From assembly GCA_903899845.1 (NCBI GenBank), contig CAIUKV010000206.1:1-62220 (forward strand): 62,220 bases of DNA, in the 5' to 3' direction. Each line of letters opens with the position of its first letter. Positions within the stretch are counted from its first letter, which is position 1. A program made the position numbers and the translations under genes. This DNA is from an uncultured Actinomycetes bacterium. Its GTDB lineage: Bacteria > Actinomycetota > Acidimicrobiia > IMCC26256 > PALSA-555. Below are positions 27,206 through 39,394 of this stretch, one piece after another. The notes beneath the pieces are model-generated. The model was not told where the DNA came from. It saw only the letters and a program-made list of their open reading frames with translations, and did no database searches.

Positions 27206-28675
27206 ATGCCCCCGCGACCGCGCCCGGCCCGTGCGCCCCGCCCGGCGCGGCCGACCGCGGCGACCGCCGACGACGACCGGACCCTGACCGTCGGCGAGCT
27301 CGGGGCGCTGATCCAGGGGGCGCTCGGCGCCGGGGTCCCCGACGGCGTCTGGGTCCGGGGCGAGATCAGCCGCTTCAAGAAGCCCAACGCCCGGGGCCAC
27401 ACCTACTTCGACCTGGCCGAGAAGGACCCGCACGGCGCGACCCCCGCCGCCGTCATCTCGGTGGCGCTGTTCCAGGGGCGGGCGGCCGCGGTGTTCCGGG
27501 CCTGCGCGGCGGCCGGGGTCGAGCTCGCCGACGGCGTGGAGGTCCGGGTCCGGGGGAAGGTCGACTACTACCCGCCGTTCGGCCGGATCCAGATGATCAT
27601 CGACGCCGTCGACCCGGTGTTCACGATCGGGCAGCTCAGCGCCGACCGCGACCGGGTGCTGCGCCTGCTCGCGGCCGAGGGCCTGCTCGAGGTCAACGGC
27701 CGGCGCCCGTTCCCGCGCGTCCCGTTGCGGATCGGGCTCGTCACCTCGGCGGGGAGCGCGGCCGACCACGACTTCTGTGACGAGCTCGACGCCAGCGGCT
27801 TCGCGTTCCGGGTCGTGCGGGCCCACGCGCAGGTGCAGGGGGCCGGGGCCGCCACCGAGATCGTCGCCGCCCTCGGACGTCTCGCCGTCCTCGACCTCGA
27901 CGCCGTCGCCGTGGTCCGCGGGGGAGGCGCGCGCACCGACCTCGCCGCCTTCGACGCCGAGGCGGTGGCCCGCGCGATCGCGGCCGTGCCCGTCCCGGTG
28001 GTCACCGGCATCGGTCACGAGATCGACACCACCGTGGCCGACGCCGTGGCCCACACCGCAGCCAAGACCCCGACCGCGGCGGCCGGGGTGTTCGTCGACG
28101 CGGTCGGTGGCTTCGCCGACGACCTCGGCCGCCTGGCGCAGCGGGTGACGGGCCGGGCCCGGTCCCTGTGCACGGTGGCGGGCCGTGACCTCGACGCCCG
28201 CCGCCGACGGGTGGTCGACCTGGCCCGGGCCGGGACGCGGAGCGCGGACCAGGGGCTGCGCGCCCGGGAGCGGGGCGTCGTGGTGGCGGCCCGGACGGCA
28301 CTGGCCCGGGGGGCGGAGCGGGTCGACGACCGGGTGGTGCGGGTCGCGCCGGTGGCCCGGCGCGCGCTGCGCGAGGCCCGGCGGGACCTGGCCACGCTGG
28401 AGGTCCGCGTCCGGGCGCTGGACCCGCAGCGGGTCCTGGAGCGCGGCTACTCGATCACCCGGGCCGACGACGGCCGGGTCGTCCGGTCACCGGGCGACGT
28501 GGTCCCCGGTGCCATGCTGGTCACGGAGGTGCGCGGGGGAACCGTGACGAGCACGGTCGTCGCCACCGCGCCGCGCGACGAGCAGGACGAGCAGGACGAG
28601 CAGGACGAGCAGGACGAGCAGGACGAGCAGGACGAGCAGGACGAGCACGACGAGCAGGGGGTCGACGGACGATGA
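27206..28675 (+). CDS. xseA: Exodeoxyribonuclease VII large subunit
   Basis: VWVRGEIS, GHTYFDL, IGLVTS, VRGGG, TGIGHEID..AD, TPTAAA and LDPQRVLERGYSI. Confidence 0.95.
   Translation: MPPRPRPARAPRPARPTAATADDDRTLTVGELGALIQGALGAGVPDGVWVRGEISRFKKPNARGHTYFDLAEKDPHGATPAAVISVALFQGRAAAVFRACAAAGVELADGVEVRVRGKVDYYPPFGRIQMIIDAVDPVFTIGQLSADRDRVLRLLAAEGLLEVNGRRPFPRVPLRIGLVTSAGSAADHDFCDELDASGFAFRVVRAHAQVQGAGAATEIVAALGRLAVLDLDAVAVVRGGGARTDLAAFDAEAVARAIAAVPVPVVTGIGHEIDTTVADAVAHTAAKTPTAAAGVFVDAVGGFADDLGRLAQRVTGRARSLCTVAGRDLDARRRRVVDLARAGTRSADQGLRARERGVVVAARTALARGAERVDDRVVRVAPVARRALREARRDLATLEVRVRALDPQRVLERGYSITRADDGRVVRSPGDVVPGAMLVTEVRGGTVTSTVVATAPRDEQDEQDEQDEQDEQDEQDEQDEHDEQGVDGR
28577..28657 (+). repeat. 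9-bp VNTR encoding a (DEQ)n tail of XseA
   Basis: GACGAGCAG x7, GACGAGCAC, GACGAGCAG. Confidence 0.95.
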
Positions 28676-28908
28676 CCGCGGCAGCACCGGATCCGGGGGC
28701 GATCGGCTACGGCGAGGCGATGGCGGAGCTCGAGGACATCCTCGCCGAGCTCGAGGGGCACGACCTCGACATCGACCTGCTCGCCGACCGGGTCCGGCGG
28801 GCGAGCGAGCTGATCACGTCGTGCCGCGACCGGATCACCCGTGCCGAGGCCGACGTCGACGAGATCGTGGCCGACCTCGAGGACCTCGCCACCGACGCCA
28901 CCGAGTGA
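28672..28908 (+). CDS. xseB: Exodeoxyribonuclease VII small subunit
   Basis: YGEAMAELEDILAELE...LADRVRRASELI..CRDRI. ATGA overlap with xseA. Confidence 0.92.
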   Translation: MTAAAPDPGAIGYGEAMAELEDILAELEGHDLDIDLLADRVRRASELITSCRDRITRAEADVDEIVADLEDLATDATE

Positions 28909-29052
28909 GCCGCGGCCCCGGGCCGCCACCGAACCAGCAGCGACGCGCTGTCGGCCCCCGGCTCCGGCCGGGAGATGCCCGGAGTCCGGGCCCCGGTGGG
29001 TTAGGGTCCGGGGACCACTCGTGCGCCAGGAGACGACCGCCGGGAGACGACC

Positions 29053-30453
29053 ATGGCACTGGTGCTCGGCGTCGAGATGTCGGCGCTCTCCACCAAGGTC
29101 GCGCTACGGGACACCGACGACGGCCGGTTGCTCGTCGCCGGTCAGGCCGCCCACGACGGCGCCCGCCCCGGGCATCGCGAGGACGTCGACCCCCGGCGGT
29201 GGTGGCAGGCGATCGTCGACGCGCGCCGCGCCGCCGGCGGGGCGCTCGGGGTCAACGCGCTCGCGGTCGCGGCCCAGTCCGACGGGCTCGTCCTGCTCGA
29301 CCACGACGGCGGACTGCTGCGCCCGGCCGTGCTCGGCGGTGACGTGGCGATGCAGGTGGACGCCGAGTGGCTGGTGCGCGATCTGGGTGGCCCCTCGACC
29401 TGGGTGGGTGCGTGTGGCACGCTCCCGGACCCGACCCACGCGGTGGTGAAGCTGGCGCACCTCCGGTACCACGAGCCCGAGATCTTCGGGCGGCTGGGCA
29501 TGGTGCTCCTGCCGCACGACTACCTCACCCACCGGATGGTCCGGCGCTTCGTCACCGACCGGGGTGACGCCTCGACCACGGGGTACTGGTCGCCGCGCGA
29601 GAACCGGTGGCGCCCCGACGTCCTCCGGGTCGTCGACGACTCGGTCGACTGGGGGCGCTGCCTGCCCGAGGTGCTGGGGCCGCTCGAACCGGCGGGCGAC
29701 CGGGAGGGTGTGGTGGTCGCGCCGGGCACCGGGTCCCAGCAGGCCGCGGCACTCGGCGTGGGCATGCGCCCCGGCGACGTCGCCCTCGCGCTCGACCGCT
29801 CGGGGATCTGCTTCGCGGCGCGCGAACGCCTCACGGAGGACCCGACCGGTCGGGTCGCCGACCGGGCCGACGCCACCGGCCGGTTCCTGCCGACCGTGCG
29901 CACGCTGCGGGTCCGCACCGTGATGGAGGTGCTGGCCCAGCAGGTCGGGCTCGACCTCGACTTCCTCGACCAGCGCGCGCTGTCGGCCCCGCCCGGGGCC
30001 GGCGGGGTGCGCTGCCACCCCTACCGGGAGTTCGACGACGCCGGCGGCCGCCCCGCGGGTCCGGGCGCGCTCACCGGCCTCGGCCCCGACGTCGGCCCCG
30101 AGCACGTGGCCCGGGCGCTGGTGGAGGGCGTGGTGTGCGAGCTGCTCGACGCGCTGGACGCCCTCGACGCCGCCGGGGTGCCCACGGGCGGTCGGCTCTG
30201 GGTGATGGGGTCGGCCGCCCGGTCGGCGGCGTTCGGTCGGGTGGTGGCCGACCTGGCCCAGCGCCCGGTGAGCGTGCCCCGCCAGGCCGACGCCGTCTGC
30301 CTGGGCGCGGCGATCCAGGCCGCGGCGGTGCTGCACGGGGTCGCTCCCGATGCCGTGGCCGACGCGTGGGGGCTCGGTGCCGCCCGGGAGATCGAGCCCG
30401 ACCCGCGGGTCGACGGCGCCGCGCTGCGCGCCGCCTACGCCCGGTCGCGCTGA
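29053..30453 (+). CDS. FGGY-family (xylulokinase-like) protein with degenerate catalytic motifs
   Basis: VLLPHDYL, TDRGDASTTGYW, ADATGRFLP and RALVEG fit the XylB fold. The catalytic motifs are altered (see findings). Confidence 0.8.
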   Translation: MALVLGVEMSALSTKVALRDTDDGRLLVAGQAAHDGARPGHREDVDPRRWWQAIVDARRAAGGALGVNALAVAAQSDGLVLLDHDGGLLRPAVLGGDVAMQVDAEWLVRDLGGPSTWVGACGTLPDPTHAVVKLAHLRYHEPEIFGRLGMVLLPHDYLTHRMVRRFVTDRGDASTTGYWSPRENRWRPDVLRVVDDSVDWGRCLPEVLGPLEPAGDREGVVVAPGTGSQQAAALGVGMRPGDVALALDRSGICFAARERLTEDPTGRVADRADATGRFLPTVRTLRVRTVMEVLAQQVGLDLDFLDQRALSAPPGAGGVRCHPYREFDDAGGRPAGPGALTGLGPDVGPEHVARALVEGVVCELLDALDALDAAGVPTGGRLWVMGSAARSAAFGRVVADLAQRPVSVPRQADAVCLGAAIQAAAVLHGVAPDAVADAWGLGAAREIEPDPRVDGAALRAAYARSR

Positions 30454-30956
30454 GCCCCGTCGGCACCCGCGAGGCGGGCCCGGCGGGCCCGGTGGAACTC
30501 GAGCCCCGAGGTGACGTGACGGAAGAAGGCGTCGTTGTCGCGCGAGAGCCGCGCGTGCACCCGGCGCTCGAGCCCGAGCCGGGTCATCCACGGGTTGAAC
30601 GCCCAGTAGCGCTCGACGAAGTCCATCTTCGTCCGGGTCTCGCCGAGCGGCGTCAGGGTCACGAAGCCCTCGGCCTTCGACCACAGCGGCTTGCCGATGG
30701 CGTCGTACTTCCACGACTCGTACGGTCGCACCTGGGTCACCCACTCCCACGACCGTCCGACCCCGCCCGTGCCCAGCCACTTGGGCACGGGGAAGTGGCA
30801 GTGGCGGACGAGCCCCTCGCCGGTGGCGTCGCCCGGGTGGAGGATCTCGATCGTCACCCCGGGGGTCATGGGCTTGTCGGGCCCGTGGTACCAGAACACC
30901 TCCCAGATCTGCTCCCGGGTGGCGTCGACCTCGAACTCGTAGTGGTGCTCCTGCAT
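30435..30956 (-). CDS. SRPBCC/START-like protein
   Basis: FEVDATREQIW...GEGLVR...WEWVT...YDAIG. TACCCT lies 6 nt before the ATG. Confidence 0.65.
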   Translation of the reverse strand: MQEHHYEFEVDATREQIWEVFWYHGPDKPMTPGVTIEILHPGDATGEGLVRHCHFPVPKWLGTGGVGRSWEWVTQVRPYESWKYDAIGKPLWSKAEGFVTLTPLGETRTKMDFVERYWAFNPWMTRLGLERRVHARLSRDNDAFFRHVTSGLEFHRARRARLAGADGAQRDRA

Positions 30957-31002
30957 CGGCGCAGGGTAGAGGAGGTGGATCCGGCGCCGCTAGCGTGACG
31001 GC

Positions 31003-32394
31003 GTGGAGGTCGCCGACAGCCTGCTCGATCTGGTGGGGAACACCCCGATGGTCCGGCTCGGTCGCCTACGGGCGAGCGCCGGCCTCGCCTGCGACCTCGT
31101 GGCCAAGGTCGAGCTGTTCAATCCCGGTGGTTCCGTCAAGGACCGTCCGGCGATCGCGATGATCGACGCGGCCGAGCGGGCGGGGCTGCTCAAGCCGGGC
31201 GGGACGATCGTCGAGCCGACGTCGGGCAACACCGGGGTGGGACTCGCGATCGTGGCCGCCCAGCGCGGGTACCGCTGCATCTTCGTGATGTCCGACAAGA
31301 TGAGCGACGAGAAGGTCGCGCTGCTCCGGGCCTACGGCGCGGAGGTGGTGGTGTGCCCCACGGCGGTGCCGCCCGAGCACCCCGACTCCTACTACTCGGT
31401 CGCCGACCGGCTGACCCGGGAGACGCCCGACGCGTTCCGTCCCGACCAGTACTCCAACCCGCACAACCCGGCCGAGCACGAGCGGTCGACCGGTCCCGAG
31501 ATCTGGCGCCAGACCGACGGTCGCCTCACCCACTTCGTCGCCGGGATCGGCACCGGGGGCACCATCACCGGGGTGGCCCGCCACCTCAAGGCGCGCAATC
31601 CGGCCGTCCAGGTGATCGGGGCCGACCCGGCGGGGTCGGTGTTCTCGGGTGGGACCGGCCGCCCGTACCTGGTCGAGGGGGTCGGTGAGGACTTCTGGCC
31701 GACGACCTTCGACCCGAAGGTGATCGACCGGGTGGTCGAGGTCAGCGACGCCGAGTCGTTCGCGGCCGCCCGGCGGGTCACCCGGGAGGAGGGGCTCCTC
31801 ATCGGGGGCTCGTGCGGCACGGCGGTGCACGCGGCGCTGACCGTGGGGGCCGACCTCGGTCCCGAGCACCTCGTGGTGGTGCTGCTGCCCGACAGCGGTC
31901 GCGGCTACCTCTCGAAGATCTACAACGACGAGTGGATGACCCGCTTCGGGTTCCTCCGCTCGGCCGGCCCCACCGCCGGTGACGTGCTCGACGCCAAGCG
32001 CGCCGTCGCCGGCTCGGAGCTCCCCGATCTCGTGATCGTCACCAAGACCCAGCCCGCCCGCCGGGCGTTCTCGCTGATGCGGGACCTGGGGGTGTCGCAG
32101 GTGGTGGTGGCGGTGACCGACGAGGTGCCGCTCGCGGCCAAGGAGGTGAGCGGCACCCTGTCGGAGCTCGCCCTCATGGACCGCGCGTTCCGCGACCCTG
32201 GCATCCTCGACCGGCCGGCGGGGGAGGTCATGGAGCCGCCCATGCCCATGGTCGGGGTCGGGGAGACCGTCACCGACGTGGTCGAGGCCCTCGACCGGGG
32301 TCCGTCGGTGCTCGTCCTCGACGGGGGCCATCCGGTCGGGGTGCTCACCCGTCAGGACGTGCTGTCGTTCCTCGTCCGCAAGGCCGGCGCGTGA
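31003..32394 (+). CDS. cbs: Cystathionine beta-synthase with C-terminal CBS pair
   Basis: GNTPMV, NPGGSVKDR, EPTSGNTG, GIGTGGT, PDSGRGYLSK and a C-terminal CBS domain. Confidence 0.93.
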   Translation: MEVADSLLDLVGNTPMVRLGRLRASAGLACDLVAKVELFNPGGSVKDRPAIAMIDAAERAGLLKPGGTIVEPTSGNTGVGLAIVAAQRGYRCIFVMSDKMSDEKVALLRAYGAEVVVCPTAVPPEHPDSYYSVADRLTRETPDAFRPDQYSNPHNPAEHERSTGPEIWRQTDGRLTHFVAGIGTGGTITGVARHLKARNPAVQVIGADPAGSVFSGGTGRPYLVEGVGEDFWPTTFDPKVIDRVVEVSDAESFAAARRVTREEGLLIGGSCGTAVHAALTVGADLGPEHLVVVLLPDSGRGYLSKIYNDEWMTRFGFLRSAGPTAGDVLDAKRAVAGSELPDLVIVTKTQPARRAFSLMRDLGVSQVVVAVTDEVPLAAKEVSGTLSELALMDRAFRDPGILDRPAGEVMEPPMPMVGVGETVTDVVEALDRGPSVLVLDGGHPVGVLTRQDVLSFLVRKAGA

Positions 32395-33614
32395 GCGGGT
32401 TCGAGACCCGGGCCATCCACGCCGGGCAGGACCCCGACCCGGTCACCGGGGCCGTGGTGCCGCCGATCTCCCTCGCGACGACGTTCGCCCAGGAGGAGGT
32501 CGGGCGCCACCAGGGCTTCGAGTACGCCCGGACCGGAAACCCGACCCGGCGCGCGCTCGAGGAGTGCCTCGCCTCGCTCGAGGAGGCCCGCTCCGGCTTC
32601 GCGTTCGCCAGCGGCATGGCCGCCGAGGACGCCGTGCTGCGGCGACTGGTGCCCGGCGACCACGTGGTGATCCCCGACGACGCCTACGGCGGCACGTTCC
32701 GGCTGGTGGCCAAGGTCCTCGCGCCGGCGGGGATCACCTGGACCGCGGTCGACCTCACGTCGCCCGAGGCCCTCACCGCGGCGATGCGGCCCGAGACCCG
32801 GGTCGTCTGGGTCGAGACCCCCACCAACCCGATGCTGACCGTGGTCGACATCGCCGCGGTCGCCGAGGTGGCCCACGCCCGGGGTGCGACGGTGGTCGTC
32901 GACAACACGTTCGCCACCCCGTACCTGCAGCGCCCACTGGCGCTCGGCGCCGACGTGGTGGTCCATTCGAGCACCAAGTACCTCGGCGGCCACTCCGACG
33001 TCGTCGGCGGGTTCGTCGCCACCGACGACCCTGCGTGGGCGGAGCACCTGGGCTTCGTCCAGAACGCCGTGGGTGCAGTGCCCTCGCCGTTCGACTGCTA
33101 CCTCGTGCTCCGGGGCGTGAAGACCCTCGCCGTGCGCATGGACCGTCACTCCGAGAACGCCCGGGCGATCGTCGCGCTGCTCGCCGAGCACCCGGCCGTG
33201 GCCCGGGTCTGCTACCCGGGCCTCCCGGCCCACCCCGGCCACGAGGTTGCCCGGCGCCAGATGCGGGACTTCGGGGGGATGGTCAGCTTCGTGGCCGCCG
33301 GGGGCGAGGCCGCCGCCCGGACGATCGTGGCCGAGACCCGCCTGTTCACCCTGGCCGAGTCGCTCGGGGCGGTCGAGTCGCTGATCGAGCACCCGGCCGC
33401 CATGACCCACCTCTCGGCGGTGGGGTCACCGCTCGCGGTCGACCCGGGGCTGGTCCGGATCTCGGTGGGCATCGAGACCGTCGGCGACCTGGTCGACGAC
33501 CTCCGGCACGCCCTCGACGTGGGCGTGGCCGCGGGCGCGGGCGCGGGCGCGCGCGAGTCGGGGTGGCGATCGGCGCTCGTGCGGCGCCGGCGCATCTCCG
33601 ACCGCCGCCGCTGA
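32391..33614 (+). CDS. metB: Cystathionine gamma-synthase/gamma-lyase
   Basis: YARTGNPT, FASGMAA, ETPTNP, VDNTFATP, HSSTKYLGGHSD, LAESLG and RISVGIE. Confidence 0.9.
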   Translation: MSGFETRAIHAGQDPDPVTGAVVPPISLATTFAQEEVGRHQGFEYARTGNPTRRALEECLASLEEARSGFAFASGMAAEDAVLRRLVPGDHVVIPDDAYGGTFRLVAKVLAPAGITWTAVDLTSPEALTAAMRPETRVVWVETPTNPMLTVVDIAAVAEVAHARGATVVVDNTFATPYLQRPLALGADVVVHSSTKYLGGHSDVVGGFVATDDPAWAEHLGFVQNAVGAVPSPFDCYLVLRGVKTLAVRMDRHSENARAIVALLAEHPAVARVCYPGLPAHPGHEVARRQMRDFGGMVSFVAAGGEAAARTIVAETRLFTLAESLGAVESLIEHPAAMTHLSAVGSPLAVDPGLVRISVGIETVGDLVDDLRHALDVGVAAGAGAGARESGWRSALVRRRRISDRRR

Positions 33615-33648
33615 TCGCGGTCGGTCCGGGCCCCGGCCCGGACGGGAC

Positions 33649-34413
33649 TCAGCCCCGCTGGCTGGCGAGGCGGCGCTGCTTGAACTGCGCCTTGATGTAG
33701 TCGCGGTTCATGAGCGCGATGAAGTCGATCGAGATCTCCTTCGGGCACGCGGTCTGGCACTCGCCGTGGTTGGTGCAGGAACCGAAGTACCGCTCCATGG
33801 TCTGCACCATGTTGGTGACCCGCTCCCAGCGCTCGGGCTGACCCTGGGGGAGCAGGTTGAGGTGCATGATCTTGGCCGCGGTGAAGAGGTTGGCGGCGCC
33901 GTTGGGGCAGGCGGCCACGCACGCGCCGCAGCCGATGCACTGGGCGGCGTCCATGGCCGAGTCGGCCACCGCCTTCGGGATGAGGATGAGGTTGCCGTCG
34001 GGGGCGCTGCCGGTGGGGGCGGTGATGTAGCCCCCGGACTCCACGATGCGGTCGAAGGCGGAGCGGTCGACCACGAGGTCACGCACGATCGGGAACGCCG
34101 CCGCCCGCCACGGCTCGACCGTGATCTTGGCGCCGTCCTGGAACTTGCGCATGTGCAGCTGGCAGGTCGCGGTCCCGAGCTCGGGCCCGTGGGGGCGCCC
34201 ATTGATCATCATCGAGCACGATCCGCAGATGCCCTCGCGGCAGTCGTGGTCGAAGGCGACGGGCTCCTCGCCCTTGCCGACGAGCCGGTCGTTGAGCACG
34301 TCGAAGAGCTCGAGGAACGACATGTCCTCGCTGACCTCGTCGACCTCGTAGGTCTCGAACTTCCCGGTGGCCGTGGGCCCGGGCTGCCGCCACACCGTGA
34401 GCGTGACCTTCAT
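33649..34413 (-). CDS. sdhB: Succinate dehydrogenase/fumarate reductase Fe-S subunit
   Basis: [21 protein letters not shown] and [12 protein letters not shown]. Confidence 0.95.
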   Translation of the reverse strand: MKVTLTVWRQPGPTATGKFETYEVDEVSEDMSFLELFDVLNDRLVGKGEEPVAFDHDCREGICGSCSMMINGRPHGPELGTATCQLHMRKFQDGAKITVEPWRAAAFPIVRDLVVDRSAFDRIVESGGYITAPTGSAPDGNLILIPKAVADSAMDAAQCIGCGACVAACPNGAANLFTAAKIMHLNLLPQGQPERWERVTNMVQTMERYFGSCTNHGECQTACPKEISIDFIALMNRDYIKAQFKQRRLASQRG

Positions 34414-34474
34414 CGTCGTCCGCCTCTCCGAGTTCCGCCGTGCTGCTTGTCTGCTGCGCTGCTTGTCTGCGGCG

Positions 34475-36391
<1,917 letters not shown>

Positions 36392-36392
36392 G

Positions 36393-37148
36393 TCAGTTCA
36401 CCACTCCCGTCACGACCATCAGGGGCATGCTGACGTTGCCGACGACCACGATCGTGGCGAACCCGATCGCGAACATCCGCCGCCAGTCGTTGAACTTGCC
36501 GTTGTTCCATCCGAGGCTCTGGAACATGCTCCAGCCCCCGTGGTACAGGTGCACGCCGAGCGCGAGGTTGGCCACGATGTAGACGATCGCGATCGGCCAC
36601 CGCTCGAAGCTGTTGATGATGTTCTGGTACACCTCGCCGCTGGTCCACTCGGCGCCGCCGACGCCCCAGGTCAGGTCCATGAGGTGGTAGACGACGAACA
36701 GCGCCACGATCACCCCGGTCCAGCGCATCGTGCGGCTGGCGAACGTGGCGGCGGCGTAGTCCCGGGGTGCCTGGTACCGGTCGGGCCGGGCCCGGCGGTT
36801 CATGCGGGTCAGCTGGGCCGCCGACACGATGTGGACGACGACGGCACCGAGCAGCACGAAGCGCAGGATCCACAGCAAGCCGGTGCGGGGGAAGATCGGC
36901 TCACCGATCTCCTTGAGCCACTCCGCGTAGTGGTTCAGGCTCTTCTCGCCGAAGTACAGCTTGAGGTTGCCGACCATGTGGGCGAAGACGAAGCCCATGA
37001 GCATGATCCCGGTCACCGCCATGAGCCACTTCTTGGCCACGGCCGAGCCGTAGAACTCGACGATGAACGGCAGCCGCCGTCCTTCCTTCGGGGCCGGGTG
37101 GACCGGCCGCTCCAGGCGGGCCTTGGGCGCCTCGGAGACCTTCGTCAT
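36393..37148 (-). CDS. sdhC: Succinate dehydrogenase cytochrome b subunit (single-anchor type)
   Basis: KWLMAVTG...HMVGNL, VVHI, YHLMDLT and HLYHG heme-ligand His residues. Adjacent to sdhA. Confidence 0.92.
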   Translation of the reverse strand: MTKVSEAPKARLERPVHPAPKEGRRLPFIVEFYGSAVAKKWLMAVTGIMLMGFVFAHMVGNLKLYFGEKSLNHYAEWLKEIGEPIFPRTGLLWILRFVLLGAVVVHIVSAAQLTRMNRRARPDRYQAPRDYAAATFASRTMRWTGVIVALFVVYHLMDLTWGVGGAEWTSGEVYQNIINSFERWPIAIVYIVANLALGVHLYHGGWSMFQSLGWNNGKFNDWRRMFAIGFATIVVVGNVSMPLMVVTGVVN

Positions 37149-37364
37149 CGCCACTTCCTCTCGTCCCCCCGGACGCCCGTCCGGGGGACCGGCTCCGGAT
37201 GGGATCCCCGGTCACCGGTGGGTGGGAACTCGGGGGAACGCTACCCCTATGCCCCGGCCCGGGGCGTATTCGGCTGCGGGTAGCGTGCGTCACACGGTCG
37301 CCCGTCGGGCCACCGCCCCGGCCCCGGACCGCCGTCCCGGGCCCCCAGCCCAGGAGCGCAGCTG

Positions 37365-38768
37365 ATGCACCGACCCGGAACCCTCGGCGAACTGCGGGAG
37401 CAGGGGTGGGTGTCCCGCCCGGTCAAGCAGGAGCTCCGGGAGAACGCCATCCGGCGCATCGCCGCCGGGGAGCCGGTGGTGCAGGGGGTGGTGGGCTACG
37501 AGGACACCGTGCTGCCCCAGCTCGAGAACGCGATCCTCGCCGGGCACGACGTGATCCTCCTCGGGGAGCGGGGCCAGGCCAAGACCCGCATGATCCGCGC
37601 CCTGGTCGGCCTGCTCGACGAGTGGATGCCGGTGGTGGCCGGGAGCGAGGTCAACGACGACCCGTACCACCCGATCTCGCAGCACGCCCGGGTGCTGGTC
37701 GCCGAGCGGGGCGACGAGACCCCGATCGAGTGGGTGCACCGGGACCGGCGGTTCTCGGAGAAGCTCGCGACCCCCGACACCTCGATCGCCGACCTCATCG
37801 GCGAGGTCGACCCGATCAAGGTGGCCGAGGGCCGGTACCTCGCCGACGAGCTCACGATCCACTACGGGCTCGTCCCGCGGACCAACCGAGGCATCTTCGC
37901 CATCAACGAGCTCCCCGACCTCGCCGAGCGCATCCAGGTGGGTCTGCTCAACGTGCTCGAGGAGCGCGACGTCCAGATCCGGGGCTACAAGATCCGCCTC
38001 GACCTCGACCTGCTGCTGATGGCCTCGGCCAACCCCGAGGACTACACGAACCGCGGGCGGATCATCACGCCGCTCAAGGACCGCTTCGGTGCCCAGATCC
38101 GCACCCACTACCCGCTCGACGTCGAGCTCGAGATGGACGTCATCGAGCAGGAGGCGCAGCTGGTCCAGGCCGAGGGCCTGCCCGTGCACATCCCCGAGTT
38201 CATGACCGAGGTCGTCGCCGCGGTCAGCCAGCAGGCCCGCCGATCCCCGCACGTCAACCAGCGCTCGGGCGTGTCGGTGCGGATGTCGATCGCCAACTAC
38301 GAGACCCTGGTCGCCAACGCCACCCGGCGCGCGCTGCGCAACGGGGAGGACGAGGTGGTGCCGCGGGTCAGCGACCTCGAGGCGCTCGTGCCGAGCACGG
38401 CGGGCAAGGTGGAGTTCGAGACGGTCGACGACGGCCGCGAGGAGCAGATCCTCGACCGCATCGTGAAGGCGGCGGTGCTCGAGACCTTCCGGTCGGCGTG
38501 CCGGCCCGAGCAGCTGGTCGACCTCGTCCACGGCTTCGACGACGGGCTCGTGGTGCACACGGGCCCCGACGTGCCCGCTTCCGGCTACGCCACCGTGCTC
38601 GACGAGCTCCCCGCGTTCCACGCGGTCCTGGCCGACCTCGAGGTGGGGGAGAGCCCGGCGCAGGTGGCCTCTGCGGTCGAGTTCGTGCTCGAGGGCCTGC
38701 ACCTGGCGAAGCGGCTCAACAAGGACGCCGCCGGGACCCGGGCCACCTACCGGGGCAAGCCCGCCTGA
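37365..38768 (+). CDS. Mg-chelatase-like (Rv0958-type) AAA+ ATPase
   Basis: Walker A GERGQAKT, TNRGIFAINELPDL, ASANPEDY and LKDRFG. Confidence 0.88.
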   Translation: MHRPGTLGELREQGWVSRPVKQELRENAIRRIAAGEPVVQGVVGYEDTVLPQLENAILAGHDVILLGERGQAKTRMIRALVGLLDEWMPVVAGSEVNDDPYHPISQHARVLVAERGDETPIEWVHRDRRFSEKLATPDTSIADLIGEVDPIKVAEGRYLADELTIHYGLVPRTNRGIFAINELPDLAERIQVGLLNVLEERDVQIRGYKIRLDLDLLLMASANPEDYTNRGRIITPLKDRFGAQIRTHYPLDVELEMDVIEQEAQLVQAEGLPVHIPEFMTEVVAAVSQQARRSPHVNQRSGVSVRMSIANYETLVANATRRALRNGEDEVVPRVSDLEALVPSTAGKVEFETVDDGREEQILDRIVKAAVLETFRSACRPEQLVDLVHGFDDGLVVHTGPDVPASGYATVLDELPAFHAVLADLEVGESPAQVASAVEFVLEGLHLAKRLNKDAAGTRATYRGKPA

Positions 38769-38796
38769 GCCGGTCGCCCGCCCGGGCGGCGTGGGC

Positions 38797-39243
38797 TCAG
38801 AGCCCCTCGCGGTCGAACACCCCGCAGCCCTGGTTCCAGTAGCGGTTGACCTCGTCGATGGCCCGCTTGGTGCGCGGCGCGTCCTGGAGCCGGGCCCGCG
38901 TCGCGTCGTCAGGAGCGTCGCGGAACGCCTCGAGCGCGGCGAGGAACCGGGTGGCCTCGGGCAGGATCGCCGGCGGTGCGGTCGCCACCATGGCCTCGAC
39001 CCTGACGATCTGACGATCGACGTCGACCTCGTAGCGCTGGGCCTGACGCTCGAGCTCGCGCTCGTACGCGTTGGCGGCGACGCAGAACGCCTTCGGGGCG
39101 GTGGGGGCCGCCGCCTCCGACTGACGCCCGTACCAGGAGATCGCCCCGATCACCACGACGGCGAACCCGACCAGGGCCCACGTCCAGCGGCGGGCCCGGC
39201 GGCGGGAGGCCCGCTCGGCGGCGTCGTCGGTTCCCGGGAGCAT
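38797..39243 (-). CDS. Hypothetical membrane-anchored/exported protein
   Basis: N-terminal TM helix and two Cys (FCVAA, QGC). CACAAT lies 6 nt before the ATG. Confidence 0.6.
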   Translation of the reverse strand: MLPGTDDAAERASRRRARRWTWALVGFAVVVIGAISWYGRQSEAAAPTAPKAFCVAANAYERELERQAQRYEVDVDRQIVRVEAMVATAPPAILPEATRFLAALEAFRDAPDDATRARLQDAPRTKRAIDEVNRYWNQGCGVFDREGL

Positions 39244-39394
39244 GACCCCATTGTGCCGGTCCCGGGGTCGCGACCGGCACGCCGGGGCGAGCCTCTAGAT
39301 TCGGTCCGGGCCCGCCCCGGGGCCCGGCCCCGACCGGTCCGCCCGACCCGCCCGACCCGGCGGACCGGGCGGGCTTCGCAGGAGCGTCTGCCGC

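Noticed and set aside
28577-28657. Repeat array as a possible CRISPR
   Set aside because: 9-bp head-to-tail units with no spacers, in frame within xseA, and no cas genes.
32397-32409. GGGTTCGAGACCC resembling a tRNA T-arm
   Set aside because: Lies in the first codons of metB (SGFET). There is no D-arm, anticodon arm or acceptor stem.
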